From positions 62,682,001 through 62,746,000 of the forward strand of contig OZ287748.1 of assembly GCA_965649765.1 (NCBI GenBank): a DNA stretch of 64,000 nucleotides. Direction: 5' to 3'. This document shows positions 61,001-64,000 of this stretch, in pieces (positions within the stretch are counted from its first letter, which is position 1; each line of letters begins with the position of its first letter). The notes beneath the pieces are model-generated. The model was not told the DNA's origin. It did no database searches and worked only from the letters and a program-made list of their open reading frames with translations. Origin of the DNA: Bispira polyomma. Lineage: Eukaryota. A program made the translations under genes and the position numbers.

Positions 61001-62999
61001 TTCACTCCCAAGGTATATATTTATTAGGTTTTCCTTGGACTTATTTTTTCCAAGCATTTAAGTATTTTCAACATAATTATTAAATTGGGCCTGGACTTTT
61101 CTAATGTGACTTATTTGATTGTATTTGGTTCATATTTGGACAGTTTCAAGACTCTAAGCATACTTAATGTTTGCATATACACTGGAACCTCTATTATCCA
61201 CACATGTTGAGAGATTAAGATTTTGTTCAGAAATAAATTAAAAGTGTCATAAAATGACAGGAAAATATAAACTTAGGAGAGTGAAAATGGATTTTTAAAC
61301 TCGAAAATTCTAAAATTATAAGTTCTGAAAATAGAGACTCTGCTGTAATTCACTAATACTTAATTACAAGCAGTTATATGAGATTCCAAAACTGTTTCAT
61401 TATTGTACAAATTACATTCAAAACTGTCATCATTAAATTTAAATAATATTAGTCAAAGATTTAAAAAGTAGAACCTATATGTTTTTGTAAAATAAAGAAA
61501 AAAGCATTTAGTCCAAAACAATACAGGAAAATATTAATTTAAAACAGAGAAATTGTGTGTTCATCAGATTAAATATTCAGATAACACATTTGGGTAATCG
61601 AGGTTTTACTATATACATGTATATGATACCATACTGTTAAAAGTACAACTTAAAGTATAACAATGATCGCATTGTGATTGGGTCTGGGTTAGTTAAAAAG
61701 ATTTAGCCGAAGTTGGGATGTGAGCACCACTACTAAAAAAAGTATGTGAATCGTGGCACTTTAAACGTCAATTGCGCTTATATAGTTGCCGACTAGCTGT
61801 GCCATGCTTTATCAGACAGCATCTTTGTATGCAGAGAAGACAAGGACACAGGTGGTTGGGATTGCTACACAGAAGTCACTTCTAAATACCTACTTAGGCT
61901 GACACAAATCCTCACGGATCAATTTGAAAAATTGCAGCCGCAATGCTACATGACACACAATGTCATCCAGCTACAAATTGAAAGAAGGTCCGTCCCCCTG
62001 AACCCTTAAAACCATCCCTCAAAGACGTGATTTTACACAAATGTATCGGTGTATATGTCTCAAGGGAGGAATTAGGACGCAGGAAATAGCATGTGTATAA
62101 ATACGCTGATGAAAAACCCTGAACTTGTCTTTTGTGTGTAGAATGAGAACTTTGATGAGATACATATTAGCCGTCTTATTAAATGTGGCAGTTAGACTTC
62201 TATATAAATACAGGGTTTGCCATTCTTGTTGCACTTCGTATTAACAATAAACTAGCTTAAGTTTGTAACATTACATTAAAGGCGCTACTTAATTAAGAGT
62301 ATTAAACATACATTGGGATATCAGATTTGATAAATGACCATTCAGAAGTATTATATACTAATTCCATCAGAGTTTATGAGAAAATACTTTAAAAACATGA
62401 GTTAAATGAAACTCACTTAATAATCAGACCATCATATGTTAGATGGATAGAAACAATTGTACCATTGACACATTGCATACTTAAATACTGAAACTTGTAG
62501 GTACAGACTAGAAGAAAAGACATAAAAGGTTGTGTTAAAAGGGAGGTGATCTTCACAAGACATTGAAATAAACCAAAAGTATGTTGTTTGATGGAGAGTA
62601 ATTCCACTATACTGATAGAAAATACTTGGACACACTTCGATGACATCACAAATGACGTTTTTGCAACAACTGATTACACCACCAATGAAAAAATATATTT
62701 TTCTTAATTATTTCTGTCTGGTGAGGGTTATACAATAATATTTTATGCTGTCGACTGCTGGCTGATGAACAAGGTCATCAAGGGGTTAAAAGAGGTAATA
62801 TAAAGATGGTGTCTGACACAGATTTGGCCCAAGATACTGGGTCATTATTACTGTATCATCCCTATTTTATACAAGAATAATCGATGGTGTGTAAAGTCAT
62901 ATCATCACTTATAAAAGATTACAATCTGGCCAACCAGCATGCATGCGTGATACTATTCATATCATCATCAGTTATATCATCACCTATAAAACATTACAA

Positions 63000-63240
63000 T
63001 CTGGCCAACCATTCATCCATATACCTTTGCAAGAAACACTTGTCTCAGTGTAATCTTAGACCTCAACTTTCTCTCAACTCCCTAAGTACGTCATCAAAAG
63101 TGTAAGCACAGAAGCCATGGATATTTTTTTCAAGAGTCATTTATCCACACAGCACTATTTTTGTGGAATTCCTTCCTCTGGAATTAGAACCAATTCATCT
63201 ATCTCACTTTTCGAAAGACACTCCAATCATTTCCATTCAA
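63000..63240 (+). mobile_element. Degraded CR1/L2-type LINE ORF2 C-terminal fragment
   Basis: From 63134 it reads ESFIHTALFLWNS then (frameshift) SGIRTNSSISLFERH, matching SF.....LWNSLP..IR...SL..FK. Confidence 0.55.
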
Positions 63241-63621
63241 GCAAGCCTCACTTTAAAGACAGCAACTGTGCAGATTGTCATATAAAATAAAATGGCATAC
63301 TCTATTATATTTGTAAATTGAATTATTGTACTACTCTGTCTCATAAGCATGTTTTCAGGGCATGGAATGTTTGTTGGTTTTATGCTGCCTTTCTGGGGTT
63401 TCTTGGCAGAGAATAACTCAGAAATTAAGATCGTTTGTTACAAACTTTCGTTCTACGACCAAGAATAATTTGTGAGCTTTAAGTCATCAGTGGCGGTACT
63501 GACGTATTTCTTCTTGTAGATGCAGGAACTTTTTTAGTAGGGTCATTCTTTGATTAAGCAATAAATACAGTTTCGTTGTTGTTTTGTTTATTTATGCAAA
63601 TAAAATACAGTAGGCTTGCTA

Positions 63622-63996
63622 TACAATACAACCTCTATTATCCAAATTTCTGTTATCCAAATACAGTAGAACCTCTATTTTACGGACATCTTGGGAGAGT
63701 GAGAATTTGTTTGGATAATAGAAGGTCTGTAAAATAGAAGTGGTATTTTAGTATGAAACATAGTAAAAAATAAGTTTGAGAGAATCAAATTGAGTCCGTA
63801 AGGTTGAATATTCGGATAATAGAGGGTTGGGTAACAGAGGTTCTACTGTACTTGATTTTATGAACTCAATTCTATTCACCTAATTTTACATTTTTTTATT
63901 GTTTCACATTAAATTACCTCTTCTATTTTATAAACCTTCTATTATCCAAACAAAATCTTGCTTCCCAAACATCTTCAGATAATGGAGGTTGTACAT
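63622..63996. mobile_element. Family A MITE containing an inverted copy of the same family (63662-63850)
   Basis: The outer copy is broken after ctgttatccaaa by TA|CAGTAGAACCTCT...AGAGGTTCTACTG|TA and resumes afterwards. Confidence 0.8.
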
Positions 63997-64000
63997 TATG

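Noticed and set aside
55405-64000. Search for upstream CUB or signal-peptide exons (e.g. ORFs 62019..62234 and 60666..60875)
   Set aside because: No CUB motifs or phase-compatible exon recognised; the ORFs overlap repeats or look random. A small exon could still have been missed

Overview
AT-rich eukaryotic (animal, probably invertebrate/lophotrochozoan-like) genomic DNA; no prokaryotic features, CRISPR arrays, rRNA or bona fide tRNA genes were seen. The window is dominated by the 3' part of one large minus-strand gene. I could assemble 12 coding exons by hand (55404->3865, 2084 nt, about 693 aa), all with GT..AG junctions and fully consistent phases, including three exons absent from the ORF track (129, 36 and 77 nt). 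The product is a type I membrane protein: at least 4 CUB domains, one LDL-receptor class A module, a transmembrane helix and a short tail ending in a PDZ-ligand-like -VSIV. This is the architecture of LEV-10/SOL-1/Neto-type ion-channel auxiliary proteins; the N-terminus lies beyond the window or was not found. The introns are packed with short non-autonomous transposons (TA-, CWG-, TTAA-, 8-bp- and 9-bp-TSD MITEs, tRNA-derived SINEs, Helentron-like elements, L2/CR1 fragments), often nested, and with local tandem duplications. The most unusual observations are: tandem duplications that copy splice sites of the gene (one leaves an intact decoy acceptor with an in-frame stop); a +4 alternative donor that would stop immediately; independent insertion of two CWG-type MITEs at the same site of one host MITE family, plus the reciprocal nesting; and a young TIR element with a TTAG target duplication that carries an internal satellite. 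I found no convincing evidence of a wholly new multi-gene system. Family assignments come from sequence hallmarks only; no database searches were run.
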